From NCBI GenBank assembly GCA_002428665.1, contig DIXK01000019.1:28758-92757 (forward strand): a DNA stretch of 64,000 nucleotides, given 5' to 3'. The DNA is from Verrucomicrobia subdivision 3 bacterium UBA6082. GTDB taxonomy: Bacteria > Verrucomicrobiota > Verrucomicrobiia > Limisphaerales > UBA8199. Made by a program: the position numbers and the translations under genes. The notes beneath the pieces are model-generated. The model was not told the origin of the DNA. It did not search any database and saw only the letters and a list, made by a program, of their open reading frames with translations. This document shows, piece after piece, positions 46,606 through 56,380 of the stretch (positions are counted from its first letter, which is position 1; every line of letters starts with the position of its first letter).

Positions 46606-47319
46606 ATGCCTGCCCTGGTACGTCTGCAAAAGTTCCTGGCCGATGGAGGCGTAGCGTCACGCCGGGCCAGTGAGCAAATGATTCTGGACGGCCGGATCGC
46701 CATCAACGGCCAGATCGTTAAGGAACTGGGCACGAAAGTGGAGCCGGGGCGCGACCGGGTCTCGGTGGACGGCAAGCCCGTCAACGTTAAAAGGAAGGTC
46801 TACCTGGCACTCAACAAGCCGAGAGGCATGGTTTGCTCGCGCAAGGACGAACACCAACGTCCCCGAATTTACGACCTGCTCCCGCGCGAATGGGAGCACC
46901 TGCACTCTGTTGGCCGGCTGGACTACAATAGCGAAGGCCTGATCTTTCTAACCAACGATGGCGAATTCAGCCTCCGCCTTACCCATCCGCGTTATGGCGT
47001 GCGCAAGAAATACATCGCCGTTGTGGAAGGCTTGGTGTCGCCTGACTTGCTGCGGGAGTTTTGCGTGGGCATTTACCATGAGGGTGACCGCTTAAAAGCG
47101 GAAAGAGCCCGCCTGATTTCCTCGACATCCGGCCAAAGTACCGTTGAATTGGAACTGGCCGAAGGCAAGTACCGCGAAGTGCGGCGTTTGTTCGAATCGC
47201 GAGGCCGGACAATGAAGCGCTTGGTGCGAGTTCAGATCGGCAAAATCAAGCTGGGTGAATTGCGTCCCGGCAAATGGCGAACATTGACAGAAACCGAAAT
47301 AAAATCTCTACTGAGCTGA
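46606..47319 (+). CDS. rluB: pseudouridine synthase, RsuA/RluB family
   Basis: S4 domain (LQKFLADGGVASRRASEQMILDGRIAING) and catalytic GRLDYNSEGLIFLTNDG. Confidence 0.85.
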   Translation: MPALVRLQKFLADGGVASRRASEQMILDGRIAINGQIVKELGTKVEPGRDRVSVDGKPVNVKRKVYLALNKPRGMVCSRKDEHQRPRIYDLLPREWEHLHSVGRLDYNSEGLIFLTNDGEFSLRLTHPRYGVRKKYIAVVEGLVSPDLLREFCVGIYHEGDRLKAERARLISSTSGQSTVELELAEGKYREVRRLFESRGRTMKRLVRVQIGKIKLGELRPGKWRTLTETEIKSLLS

Positions 47320-47322
47320 GTT

Positions 47323-48414
47323 ATGAACAAGACTTTCTGCTGGATTTTCGCAGCCATGCTCTCCACAGGTTTGGTGGCCCAGCCGGCGACCAATGCGGTT
47401 GCTGCCGCCACGGTCGAAGCTCCCTCACCCGCCGCCCCCAAGACCAAGGTTGCCGCACAAAAACCTGACTTGGCCTCGCTGGTTCGCAGTGACCCTCTGG
47501 CCCCCGGTCCAGCCGTCGTAGTGGCCAGCAACGTCAACGTACGCGGCCAGGCCAAGCTGAAGAGCGAGGTCGTCACCCGCGTTACGAAAGATCAGCAGGT
47601 AACGGTGCTCGAGGAAATCATCCTGAAACGGTCCGCCCCGGATGAGCCGTCCGCCTGGGCCAAGATTCTACTGCCCGCCGGCACTCGCGTGTGGGTCAAT
47701 ACCGCGTATGTGAATGCCGCCACAAAGGCCGTTATCCCCAAGAAGCTCAACCTGAGAGCCGGCCCGGGCGAGAATTACAGTGTCCTTGGCACTATCGTTC
47801 AAGGTGACACCGTAACCGAAGTCACCACCAAAGGTGATTGGATGCAGATCGAGGCCCCCACTAACGCTTTTGCCTTCATGGCCGCCCAGTACCTTAGGCA
47901 GGAACCGGCCACACCCGCCTTGGTCGCCGCCACCACCCCAACGGAACCGACACCCACAGAACCAACTCCTTCCGAAACAGCCCCGGTGCCCGCCAGCGTG
48001 CCCGAGGCCCCGGTGATGGTAGCCGCCCCCGACACTGCCCCGGCAGTTCCGGCGACGGAACCGGGCGTCACGCCTGCCGAACCTGCTGTGACCGACCCGA
48101 TGGAAGTAGCGGATATCAAACCCGCTCCTGTTGAAATCGAGCCTGCCCCGCCGGTCGAAGAACCGCCGCCGCCGCGCATTGTTCAGCGTGAAGGCTGGGT
48201 TCGCAGCACGACCAGCATCCAAGCTCCGAGTCCCTTCGCGCTCATCAGCCCGGAGACCGGACGCACCATCAACTATCTCTACACCACCTCCCCGAACCTG
48301 GACCTCATGCGCTACAAGGGTCTGCGCATCGTGGTCACCGGCGAGGAAAGCCTCGACCGCCGCTGGAAGAATACTCCGGTCATTACGATACAACGCATCC
48401 AAGTGATCGAGTAG
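47323..48414 (+). CDS. secreted SH3b-domain protein with Pro/Thr-rich linker
   Basis: Signal peptide. Two SH3b-like segments (VNVRGQAKLKSEVV..., LNLRAGPGENYSVLGTIVQGDTV). TEPTPTEPTPSE linker. Confidence 0.65.
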   Translation: MNKTFCWIFAAMLSTGLVAQPATNAVAAATVEAPSPAAPKTKVAAQKPDLASLVRSDPLAPGPAVVVASNVNVRGQAKLKSEVVTRVTKDQQVTVLEEIILKRSAPDEPSAWAKILLPAGTRVWVNTAYVNAATKAVIPKKLNLRAGPGENYSVLGTIVQGDTVTEVTTKGDWMQIEAPTNAFAFMAAQYLRQEPATPALVAATTPTEPTPTEPTPSETAPVPASVPEAPVMVAAPDTAPAVPATEPGVTPAEPAVTDPMEVADIKPAPVEIEPAPPVEEPPPPRIVQREGWVRSTTSIQAPSPFALISPETGRTINYLYTTSPNLDLMRYKGLRIVVTGEESLDRRWKNTPVITIQRIQVIE

Positions 48415-48417
48415 ATC

Positions 48418-49305
48418 ATGCCCGCCGATAACCTTATCGATGGGCGCGCTATCGCGTCCCAGCTCCTGGGAGAGCTGGCCGCTCGTATTTCCTTGCTCAA
48501 GTCCCGTGGAATTCGACCGGGACTCGCCTTCGTTCGCGTCGGGGAGGACCCTGCCTCGAAGGTCTACGTCGGGCGCAAGGAAAAGACCTGCTCCGAGCTG
48601 GGCATTCTCTCTGAAACCCATGTCCTGCCCGCGACCGCTACCGAAGCGGAGCTGCTGGGGTTGCTTGAGCAGTTGAACCAGAACCCACACCTGCACGGAA
48701 TCCTCGTGCAGGCTCCGTTGCCGCCACAGATTCGGCAGTCGATCGTTTATTCCGCGATCCTGCCGGAGAAGGATGTCGACGGTTTTCATCCGGTGAGTAT
48801 GGGCAAACTCTTGCTTGGCGATACGGGCGGGTTTGTCCCTTGCACACCAGCTGGAGTCGTAGAATTGCTTGCCCGCTCGGGGATATCCACCACGGGTGCT
48901 GAGGTCGTCGTCCTCGGCCGTGGCAACATCGTAGGCAAACCCTTAGCCGCTCTGCTCTGTCAGAAACACCGGCTCGCCAACGCCACCGTCACGCTCTGTC
49001 ACTCGGCTTCCCGCAACATCAAGGCCCATTGTCTGCGAGCCGACATCATTGTCGCCGCTATGGGTGTGCCCGAATTCCTTAAAGCCGATATGGTCCGGCC
49101 CGGCGCCACCGTCATTGACGTGGGCGTTAACCGCGTTCCGGATCCGTCTGCGAAGAGCGGCTCGCGCCTGGTCGGCGATGTCGATTTTGCCGCGGTTCAG
49201 CCGATCGCCGGCCGCATCACTCCGAACCCGGGAGGGGTTGGCCCCATGACCATCGCCATGCTGATGCAAAACACCGTCCGAGCCGGCGAAAACGCCTGCC
49301 GCTAA
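48418..49305 (+). CDS. folD: bifunctional methylenetetrahydrofolate dehydrogenase/cyclohydrolase
   Basis: GLAFVRVGEDPASKVYVGRKEK, HGILVQAPLP, VVVLGRGNIVGKPLA, PGGVGPMTIAML. Confidence 0.92.
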   Translation: MPADNLIDGRAIASQLLGELAARISLLKSRGIRPGLAFVRVGEDPASKVYVGRKEKTCSELGILSETHVLPATATEAELLGLLEQLNQNPHLHGILVQAPLPPQIRQSIVYSAILPEKDVDGFHPVSMGKLLLGDTGGFVPCTPAGVVELLARSGISTTGAEVVVLGRGNIVGKPLAALLCQKHRLANATVTLCHSASRNIKAHCLRADIIVAAMGVPEFLKADMVRPGATVIDVGVNRVPDPSAKSGSRLVGDVDFAAVQPIAGRITPNPGGVGPMTIAMLMQNTVRAGENACR

Positions 49306-49331
49306 CTCCTTTCCCCACCTTGTCTCAATCT

Positions 49332-49805
49332 ATGCAGCCCACGCGAATTCTCCCCGACCTCCAATGTTCCTTGCTCTGCGAGGAAATCCGCCAGGAAATT
49401 AATGGCAATTTCATTCTCATCGGAGTCGTTAATTTTCTGCGGGTCCCCCAGTTGCCGGTGGTGGCGCTCAAGTTGAGTGTCTTTAACCGCTGGACAGCCG
49501 GAGTGGGCCAGTTCACCGAGACGGTTCGTCTGGTGGCCCCCGACCAGACCACCCTGCTGCGAAAAGGCGAGGTCAAATTTGCGTTGCAGGACGCGGCTCT
49601 GCATGCCACCAACGTCACCCTCTTCGGCCAGGTCGAGTTCAAAACCGCCGGCACATATTATCTTGAGGTCCTGGTGGATGACGTGATGAAGCTGCGCTAT
49701 CCCGTGCCTGTGATCCTCGCCCCGCAACAAGCACAGCAGGGGCCTCAGGGGCAGCACCCCCACCCACCCCAAACCGGCCCCACACCGGGTGCGAACCCAG
49801 CCTGA
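49332..49805 (+). CDS. hypothetical protein
   Basis: ORF from the ATG at 49332 with no recognisable motif. C-terminal Gln/Pro-rich tail. Confidence 0.5.
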   Translation: MQPTRILPDLQCSLLCEEIRQEINGNFILIGVVNFLRVPQLPVVALKLSVFNRWTAGVGQFTETVRLVAPDQTTLLRKGEVKFALQDAALHATNVTLFGQVEFKTAGTYYLEVLVDDVMKLRYPVPVILAPQQAQQGPQGQHPHPPQTGPTPGANPA

Positions 49806-49920
49806 ACTGTTGGGCTAAGCCTCCCCGCGGCTAAATCCCAGGCCCGATCGTTAAGTTCGCGTGGGCCGAAAAGTTTCTGGTCAGCAAATCAACCAACCGG
49901 ACCGCACGAACCGAGGTGGT

Positions 49921-51909
49921 TCAATCCCTCACCCGATAGAACGCTGCGGTGTGGTTCGTAGGCCAATCCACCAGGTACTCGTAAGCCGAAGTGGCACTGC
50001 CAATCAGTGCCAGGTCTACCCAATCTGACAGGTTCGTTGACCCTTGCACGGTGTAAACGAATCCCGGATCTGCAGTCCACCGTAACAGGCTGCGCCCATC
50101 CTCCAGATTGACGATCGGTTCCATGAGGGCAGGTCCAGGTAACAGCACCGCCAGCGACGCTGCCGCGCTGTGCACCGTCCCCACAGTGTTCGTCACGGTT
50201 ACCCCGTATGCGCCCGCATCCGCTGGCTGAATGTTGGTGCGGGTATAAGCGCTACCAGTAGCGCCCGCGATCGGCGAGCTGACGAACTTCCATTGGTAGC
50301 CAAGCGGCGCACTACCCGTGACCGTCACCGAAAACACCGCGTTGCTGCCCCGCCGCACGGACTGGCTCATGGGCTGGCTCACGATCGCCGGCGCCTGCTC
50401 CACGTTCAGCACGAAATCCCGCGTCGCCACAGCACCCAGCGCGACCGGAACGCTGTAGGAGGCAGGCACGTATCCGGGGAACGAAACGGATACCGTATAG
50501 TTACCCGGCGGCACGTTGGCGAAACCGTAAAACCCGGTCGCGTCATTGGTTTGCACTTTGGACACCGGTCCCTGCAAACGAACCACAGCACCGTCCAGAG
50601 TTTGGTTAAGCCCGCCCCCATATATAGTGCCTTTAATGTGGCCCACAGTCGGAGAGGTCTTCCATGGCATCGAGGGCACGCTTGCCGCCTGCGCAAAGAT
50701 GGCGGGCGAGACAGGGTCGTAGGTGTTCGGGCTGCTCGTCAAGTAACCACGAAAGGTACTGAATTTGCCCGCACCATCCTTGTATGGCGTGTTGTAATCG
50801 TAGCCGCAAACACCCACAGCGCGATTTCCCGACGGCGAAGCCACACGCGTGTAACGCATCTGGGTAATCGCGTTGGCGATGCTGTTTAAGTATGTGCCCG
50901 GGCCAATTGCCGCCTGCCGGGTGTATTGATGATCCTTGATGAAATTATTCCAATTCGTCCATGCCAACGTGTAATTCCCCGACTGGTCGAAGTAGGCCAT
51001 CGGCAGGTTCAAATCCATAATTCCCTCTTCCATCCACCCGCGCCAATCCTGCAGCACGTTGTTCCACGCCGCCGTGGAACTGTACCAAGCCGAAAGGTTC
51101 GCCGGCCCCGGCGACCACGTAATCGTGTCGCACGAAATCTTGATCCCAGGTCTCACCGCAATCGCATTGAGATACACCTTGCGCAAAAAACCGGTGATCT
51201 GGTCCCGCCGAAATTGCTTCCAGACCCCGTCCGATGGCGACGGTTTTCCCGTCCGCCCAAATCGTTGGTTAAACCGTGCCACGGTCACCGGGTTGTAACC
51301 TTCGTTCGCGCTCGAATACCGAACGTAATCGAAATTGAGGCCGTCGACGTTGTAATTCGTGATGATGTCCATGCACACATTGAACGTGTGCTTCTGCACC
51401 TCCGGATGGCCTGGGTCGAAGGTGTATTGATTTCCAATGAACACATTGCCGTCGTAATCCTGCAGCAGCCAGTCCGGGTGAAGCCGCAACGGATGATTCG
51501 CCTGCGGTGGCGTCGTGGCATTCGTAGCTCCACTCCAGATGTGATAGGTCACAACCCACGCATGCACCTCCACATAGCGTCCGGCGCTGGTATTATGCGC
51601 CTTGCTGATTAAATCCCCGAGTGCATCGAAATCAGAGGGCGTGGTGCCGGTAACATGAGGCTCATACTTGGAATTGTAGAAGGCATCGCCGCGACGCCGC
51701 ACCTGCGCCACAATCGCGTTCGCATTCGCCGCCCGCACGTCATTCACCAGCGTGCTGACCTGTGTGGCGCTCTTCAGGCCGGTGTTCCAGCCGTTGACCC
51801 AAAAGCCCCGAAACTCAGGGTTTTGAGCAGGCACATGCCATACGGAACCAAGAAGTACCAACGGGACTAACGAATAACGAAGCCAGGATCGGACACTACA
51901 TAAGAACAT
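49921..51909 (-). CDS. glycoside-hydrolase-like (GHL10/DUF187-type) protein with carboxypeptidase-regulatory-like and Ig-like domains
   Basis: Signal peptide. FRGFWVNGWN... TIM-barrel-like N-terminal region. GTIYGG...VRLQG...TNDATGFYGF. Ig-like IVSQPMSQSV..GSNAVFSV...PLGYQW. Confidence 0.65.
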   Translation of the reverse strand: MFLCSVRSWLRYSLVPLVLLGSVWHVPAQNPEFRGFWVNGWNTGLKSATQVSTLVNDVRAANANAIVAQVRRRGDAFYNSKYEPHVTGTTPSDFDALGDLISKAHNTSAGRYVEVHAWVVTYHIWSGATNATTPPQANHPLRLHPDWLLQDYDGNVFIGNQYTFDPGHPEVQKHTFNVCMDIITNYNVDGLNFDYVRYSSANEGYNPVTVARFNQRFGRTGKPSPSDGVWKQFRRDQITGFLRKVYLNAIAVRPGIKISCDTITWSPGPANLSAWYSSTAAWNNVLQDWRGWMEEGIMDLNLPMAYFDQSGNYTLAWTNWNNFIKDHQYTRQAAIGPGTYLNSIANAITQMRYTRVASPSGNRAVGVCGYDYNTPYKDGAGKFSTFRGYLTSSPNTYDPVSPAIFAQAASVPSMPWKTSPTVGHIKGTIYGGGLNQTLDGAVVRLQGPVSKVQTNDATGFYGFANVPPGNYTVSVSFPGYVPASYSVPVALGAVATRDFVLNVEQAPAIVSQPMSQSVRRGSNAVFSVTVTGSAPLGYQWKFVSSPIAGATGSAYTRTNIQPADAGAYGVTVTNTVGTVHSAAASLAVLLPGPALMEPIVNLEDGRSLLRWTADPGFVYTVQGSTNLSDWVDLALIGSATSAYEYLVDWPTNHTAAFYRVRD

Positions 51910-51963
51910 GTTAGCTTAAAGTATCCGATCCTCGCCCGAAATCGTCAAGCTTACGTTGCCCGA

Positions 51964-53385
51964 TTAGAGCGCCCAGCCTGCCCGGTATTCACGCCGAATA
52001 AACTGATTAGCTTCGGGCAAATTGGTGACTTTCAATTCTGCAGAATCCCACTGCAATTTGCAGAGCGTCAGATCTTCACGCAATTGGACACGCAACGCGA
52101 CGTTGCCCAGCAGCACGGCCTCGGCGAGTGGACCAGCCCAATCAAAGTTTGCACCGGCGGGAACCCCGCCCTTACAAGCTTCAACCCATTCACGATAGTG
52201 GCCGGGAGACCGCGGTATCGACTGCGCCACCTGGACCCCCGCAGCCTCGGCGGGATAGACTTTATTGCCGAGGATGAACCCTTTGTCACCGATTAAGAGC
52301 CGCCCGTTGTCGCCCATCAGGGTCCCGTTCGGGAGTCCCTGAGGCCGCGGCGGACGCAATCCCCCGTCGTACCAGACGAGCTTGCAGGCTGCCATTTCGA
52401 CTTCGCCAGCGCCCACGCCGGACACGCCGCGCAAATGGGGATTGTTTGCCTGCCGAGCCGCCGTGCGGGCGGGGAAACTGTAGGTCACCATCGATCCAAG
52501 TGGGAAAGAATCGCCGTTGCAGCGCGTGGAGGCGGCCTGAACGTCTGTAGGAGCGCCCAACTTCAGGGCGCGGAACACCGGGTCCATGGCGTGGCAACCT
52601 ATGTCGCCTAACGCGCCCGTCCCGAAATCCCACCACCCGCGCCACCGGAAGGGCGCGTATGCCGGGTGATACGGCCGCTCAGGTGCGGGCCCGAGCCAGA
52701 GATTCCAGTCAATATGGCCTGGCACCGGTGGTGTGTCAGATGGCCGCGGCACGCCTTGCGGCCAGTATTCCTCAAACAATCCCCGAGAAGGCCGATCGGT
52801 CCAGATGTGCGCCTCACGCACCGCTCCAATGGCACCGCTCCAGACAATCTCACACAGACGCCGCGTGTCTTCCGAAGCCTGACCCTGGTTGCCCATCTGC
52901 GTGCACACTTTGGCCCCCCGCGCCGCTTGCGCTAAATGCCTTGCTTCCCACACGCTGTGGGTCAGCGGCTTCTCGCAATAAACATGTTTGCCTCGCTTGA
53001 TGCCCTCCATCGCGGCGAACGCGTGATGATGATCCGGCGTGGCCACCACTATCCCGTCGATGTCCTTCACTTCCTCCAGCATCTTCCGGTAGTCGGTAAA
53101 CCGCTTCGCATCGGCAAAACGCTTAAAGGATCCAGCGGCCTGGCTTTGATCCACGTCGCAGAGGGCCACAATGTTTTCTGTGCTCAGTTCCCGAAGGTCC
53201 GACGCACCTTGCCCGCCCACCCCAATCCCGGCCAGGTTCATTTTGTTGTTTGGCGAAGTCGCGCCGTTCAACCCGAGTACCGAGCCGGGAACCACGAGGA
53301 AACCGAAACTGGTCACGGCGCTGGCGCGGAGAAATTGCCGGCGATTCAAGGAAGGAAGTGTTTGTGAAGAGCGTTTCATAGACAT
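51964..53385 (-). CDS. Gfo/Idh/MocA family oxidoreductase (TAT signal)
   Basis: NRRQFLRASAVTSFG leader, GIGVGGQG Rossmann motif, IDGIVVATPDHHH, GKHVYCEKP. ATG at 53385 (the ORF track extends to a TTG at 53448). Confidence 0.85.
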   Translation of the reverse strand: MSMKRSSQTLPSLNRRQFLRASAVTSFGFLVVPGSVLGLNGATSPNNKMNLAGIGVGGQGASDLRELSTENIVALCDVDQSQAAGSFKRFADAKRFTDYRKMLEEVKDIDGIVVATPDHHHAFAAMEGIKRGKHVYCEKPLTHSVWEARHLAQAARGAKVCTQMGNQGQASEDTRRLCEIVWSGAIGAVREAHIWTDRPSRGLFEEYWPQGVPRPSDTPPVPGHIDWNLWLGPAPERPYHPAYAPFRWRGWWDFGTGALGDIGCHAMDPVFRALKLGAPTDVQAASTRCNGDSFPLGSMVTYSFPARTAARQANNPHLRGVSGVGAGEVEMAACKLVWYDGGLRPPRPQGLPNGTLMGDNGRLLIGDKGFILGNKVYPAEAAGVQVAQSIPRSPGHYREWVEACKGGVPAGANFDWAGPLAEAVLLGNVALRVQLREDLTLCKLQWDSAELKVTNLPEANQFIRREYRAGWAL

Positions 53386-53449
53386 TGCTGTATTTCTGTA
53401 CGATCTCCAAAGAACACAGCCCACACCCTGCCGCAAGCTCGAAATCAAA

Positions 53450-53920
53450 TCAGAAGCCCGAGGGCTTCAAGCGCCGCGCCACGTCGTCAAGAAGCTCCTG
53501 CCACGTGCCTTTGCGTCTCACGCGAATTTCCTCCTCCATGGTCCCGCCCCGATCCCGCAACGTGAAACCCTCGCACTGCAGCCGGAATACTCCTTCGCGC
53601 ACCGGCACAATCGCCGCCTTCACCCGTACCCACACTCCGGTTTCGTTCATCCAATTGCCGTAGGCGATTTGGTCCATCTTGCTTCCCTTCTTCTCGAACA
53701 CCAACCGCGTCAGACCCGATTGCGCCACCGTGTAGCCCGCTTCTTCAAACACCTCTTTCGCTGCCTGCCCAATCTGCCCCGGTGTATTGCCCTCGATCGT
53801 CACTGCCGCAAACCCGGACGGCGCCCCGTTGTCGGTCGAGGAGCACCCAGTGCCCCATCCTGCCAAACCGACCAGGACCGCCGCTAACAACCCTCGCCAC
53901 ACATTCTGGATCTCGTTCAT
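53450..53920 (-). CDS. hypothetical lipoprotein
   Basis: MNEIQNVWRGLLAAVLVGLAGWGTGCSS lipobox-like leader. No other motif. Confidence 0.5.
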   Translation of the reverse strand: MNEIQNVWRGLLAAVLVGLAGWGTGCSSTDNGAPSGFAAVTIEGNTPGQIGQAAKEVFEEAGYTVAQSGLTRLVFEKKGSKMDQIAYGNWMNETGVWVRVKAAIVPVREGVFRLQCEGFTLRDRGGTMEEEIRVRRKGTWQELLDDVARRLKPSGF

Positions 53921-54098
53921 TCCCGCCCAGCCTCCAGCAAACCGGGCAGCCTGGCAATCTTCAAAATGACCTCGCTTCTGGACTCCCTGCCGCCGCGGCA
54001 GATATTTCATTTGTCAGCCTCCGTCAAGCGCTTTAAGGTCTCCTCGTAAGGCCCCCATCGGGGGGCTGCATGACTGCCCCGACACGCGGTCCAAGACG

Positions 54099-54440
54099 AT
54101 GCACGAGTTATCCATCATGGATTCCGCAATGAACATGGCACTGGCACAGGCCCGCGAGGCCGGCGCTACCCGGATTCATGAAATCCGGCTGCGCGTCGGC
54201 GCCCTCAGCGGCGTCGTGCCCGAGGCGCTTCAGTTCGCCTTTGAAGCCCTCGCCCCCGGCACCTTGGCCGAAAGCGCGAAATTGCGGATGGATTCGGTTC
54301 CCGCTCGCTTTTGGTGCGAAGCCTGCCAGGCGGAGTTTGCGGCGGACGATTTCCTTGCCGCGTGCCCCCATTGCCAAACCATCAGCCGCCACTTGCGCGC
54401 CGGCCGCGAACTGGAACTGGCCTCCCTGGAGATTGAATAA
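54099..54440 (+). CDS. hypA: hydrogenase/urease nickel insertion protein HypA
   Basis: MHELSI N-terminus and zinc motifs CEAC...CPHC. 113 aa. Confidence 0.9.
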   Translation: MHELSIMDSAMNMALAQAREAGATRIHEIRLRVGALSGVVPEALQFAFEALAPGTLAESAKLRMDSVPARFWCEACQAEFAADDFLAACPHCQTISRHLRAGRELELASLEIE

Positions 54441-55366
54441 TGTGTACTGATTGCGGATGCGGTTTACCGGGCGAGAATCCTCCTACATTCTCCAACCCCA
54501 AGCACCCCCATGACCACCCTCACTCGCATGGCGACGGCCACGTGCACAGCCACCCCCACTCTCACGACGAGGGTCATATCCACGATCACCACCACCCCCA
54601 TTCACACGAGGCCGATCAGATTCACGACCACTCTCACGCCGATCCTCAAACGCCGGCTCCCGCCCCGGGACTGCCCCAGGACGACCCACGTCGCACCCTG
54701 AACGTTCGGCGGGCCATTCTCGAAAAGAATGACCGGCTGGCAGAGCGCAACCGCGGCTTCTTTCTCGGGCGCGGATTACTGGCTTTGAATGTCCTGTCCG
54801 CCCCGGGTTCCGGCAAGACCACGTTTCTTCGCGAGACGCTGCGAGCCCTGCCGCCACCTCTGCGCGCCGGGGTGATCGTTGGCGACTTGGCCACGGATAA
54901 TGATGCGCAACGCCTCCGCGATACCGGCGCCCCGGTCGTGCAAATCACCACCGGCACTGTCTGCCATCTCGAGGCTGAGATGGTCGCCCGCGCTCTGGGG
55001 CAACTGGATCTCTCCGGGCTCAATGTGCTGATCATCGAGAATGTCGGCAACCTGGTCTGCCCCGCCTCCTACGATCTCGGCGAACATCTCCGCGTGGTGC
55101 TGCTCTCCGTCACCGAGGGCGAAGACAAACCTTTGAAGTATCCCCCAATGTTCCAGGCTGCCGACGTCGTCATCCTTAGCAAATCAGACCTTGCCGAAGT
55201 TTGCGGCTGTGATCGCGCTGCCGTTCGGCAAAACCTCCGCCAAATCGCGCCCAACGCCACCGTGTTCGAACTCTCCGCCCGAACGGGTGCCGGCATGCCT
55301 GACTGGATCAACTTCCTCGTGCAAAAGCACCGAGTGATGACGGATTCCGCACCTAAACATCCTTAA
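54440..55366 (+). CDS. hypB: nickel-binding GTPase HypB
   Basis: CxxCGC N-terminus, long His-rich tract, GTPase motifs LSAPGSGKTT, ENVGNLVCP, SKSDL. Confidence 0.9.
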   Translation: MCTDCGCGLPGENPPTFSNPKHPHDHPHSHGDGHVHSHPHSHDEGHIHDHHHPHSHEADQIHDHSHADPQTPAPAPGLPQDDPRRTLNVRRAILEKNDRLAERNRGFFLGRGLLALNVLSAPGSGKTTFLRETLRALPPPLRAGVIVGDLATDNDAQRLRDTGAPVVQITTGTVCHLEAEMVARALGQLDLSGLNVLIIENVGNLVCPASYDLGEHLRVVLLSVTEGEDKPLKYPPMFQAADVVILSKSDLAEVCGCDRAAVRQNLRQIAPNATVFELSARTGAGMPDWINFLVQKHRVMTDSAPKHP

Positions 55367-55495
55367 GCTCCCGCCCATGTATCGGGTTCACATGGGAGCG
55401 AGAAACTCAAAAGGAGGCGTTTTCCGCTCTCTCGCCGCCTTGCCTGCTTCAAAACCTAAGCTTGCGAACAACTTAAGGAGCGTTAACCTGCTATA

Positions 55496-56323
55496 GTGGA
55501 TTGGTTCACTGAGCGGCATTGCTTCATGGTGGCTGTGGTTTTCTACGGCCTCAGCGTGGTGTACTCGGTTTTCTTGTGGCGGAAGGGCTTCCGGCAGGAT
55601 AACCGAGTGAACTATATTCTTTTGCTGGCCGCTTTCGGTTTTCACACTGCGGCCATGCTCATCCGGGGCTATCGCCTCAATCATTGCCCCGTCTCGAACC
55701 TGTACGAGGCAACCCTGTTTTCCAGTTGGACGATTGTCGCGTTTTACCTGGTGGTTGGCTTGTGGTCGCGTCTGCGGTTCTTGGGGGCGTTCGCCTCACC
55801 TTTATTGTTTGCCATGGGGGTGCTGGCGCTCACCTCCGGTCTGGACACCCCAGGCACCAATATCCCGGAGGTGCCGAAAGTCTGGACCAGCCTCCACGCC
55901 GCGTTCCTGTCGCTCGCGTACGGAGCTTTCGGCCTGAGTTTTGTGGCTGCCATCATGTATCTGACGCAGGAGCGGAATCTCAAATTTCACAAGCTGCGGG
56001 CAATTTTCTCGCTGATGCCGTCCATCCAGCGCTTGGAATCCGTAGCCGGTCGGATGCTGGTATCGGGTTTCATCCTTCTAACAGTAGGCCTGGCTGTAGG
56101 TGTCCTGGGCTTAGGGTATCTGGATTCGTCCAGGAACGTTCGCGGCGATCCCAAAATCATCTGGTCGGCCCTGGTGTGGCTAATCTACCTGGGCCTCATT
56201 GTCATGCGTTGGGTTTTTGCGCAAACAGGCCGCCGCTTCGCGCTTGGCGCTGTGGGCAGCTTTGCCTTTGTGCTCTTGACGTTTTGGGGCACCAACATGC
56301 TGTCGCCGCTGCATAACCCGTGA
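55496..56323 (+). CDS. cytochrome c assembly (CcsA/HemX-like) membrane protein
   Basis: Eight predicted TM helices and a Trp-rich segment (IWSALVWLIYLGLIVMRW). Position ahead of hemA as in hemAXCD-type clusters. GTG start uncertain. Confidence 0.7.
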   Translation: MDWFTERHCFMVAVVFYGLSVVYSVFLWRKGFRQDNRVNYILLLAAFGFHTAAMLIRGYRLNHCPVSNLYEATLFSSWTIVAFYLVVGLWSRLRFLGAFASPLLFAMGVLALTSGLDTPGTNIPEVPKVWTSLHAAFLSLAYGAFGLSFVAAIMYLTQERNLKFHKLRAIFSLMPSIQRLESVAGRMLVSGFILLTVGLAVGVLGLGYLDSSRNVRGDPKIIWSALVWLIYLGLIVMRWVFAQTGRRFALGAVGSFAFVLLTFWGTNMLSPLHNP

Positions 56324-56380
56324 TCCGGGAATGACCTTTAATCGTCCATGACTTCTATTTAACGGTTTCCCTTTTCAGAC

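Noticed and set aside
47668-48789. 373-aa minus-strand ORF spanning the SH3 and folD genes
   Set aside because: It is antisense to two genes with clear motifs and crosses their intergenic junction. Its Gly/Arg-rich composition marks it as a shadow ORF.
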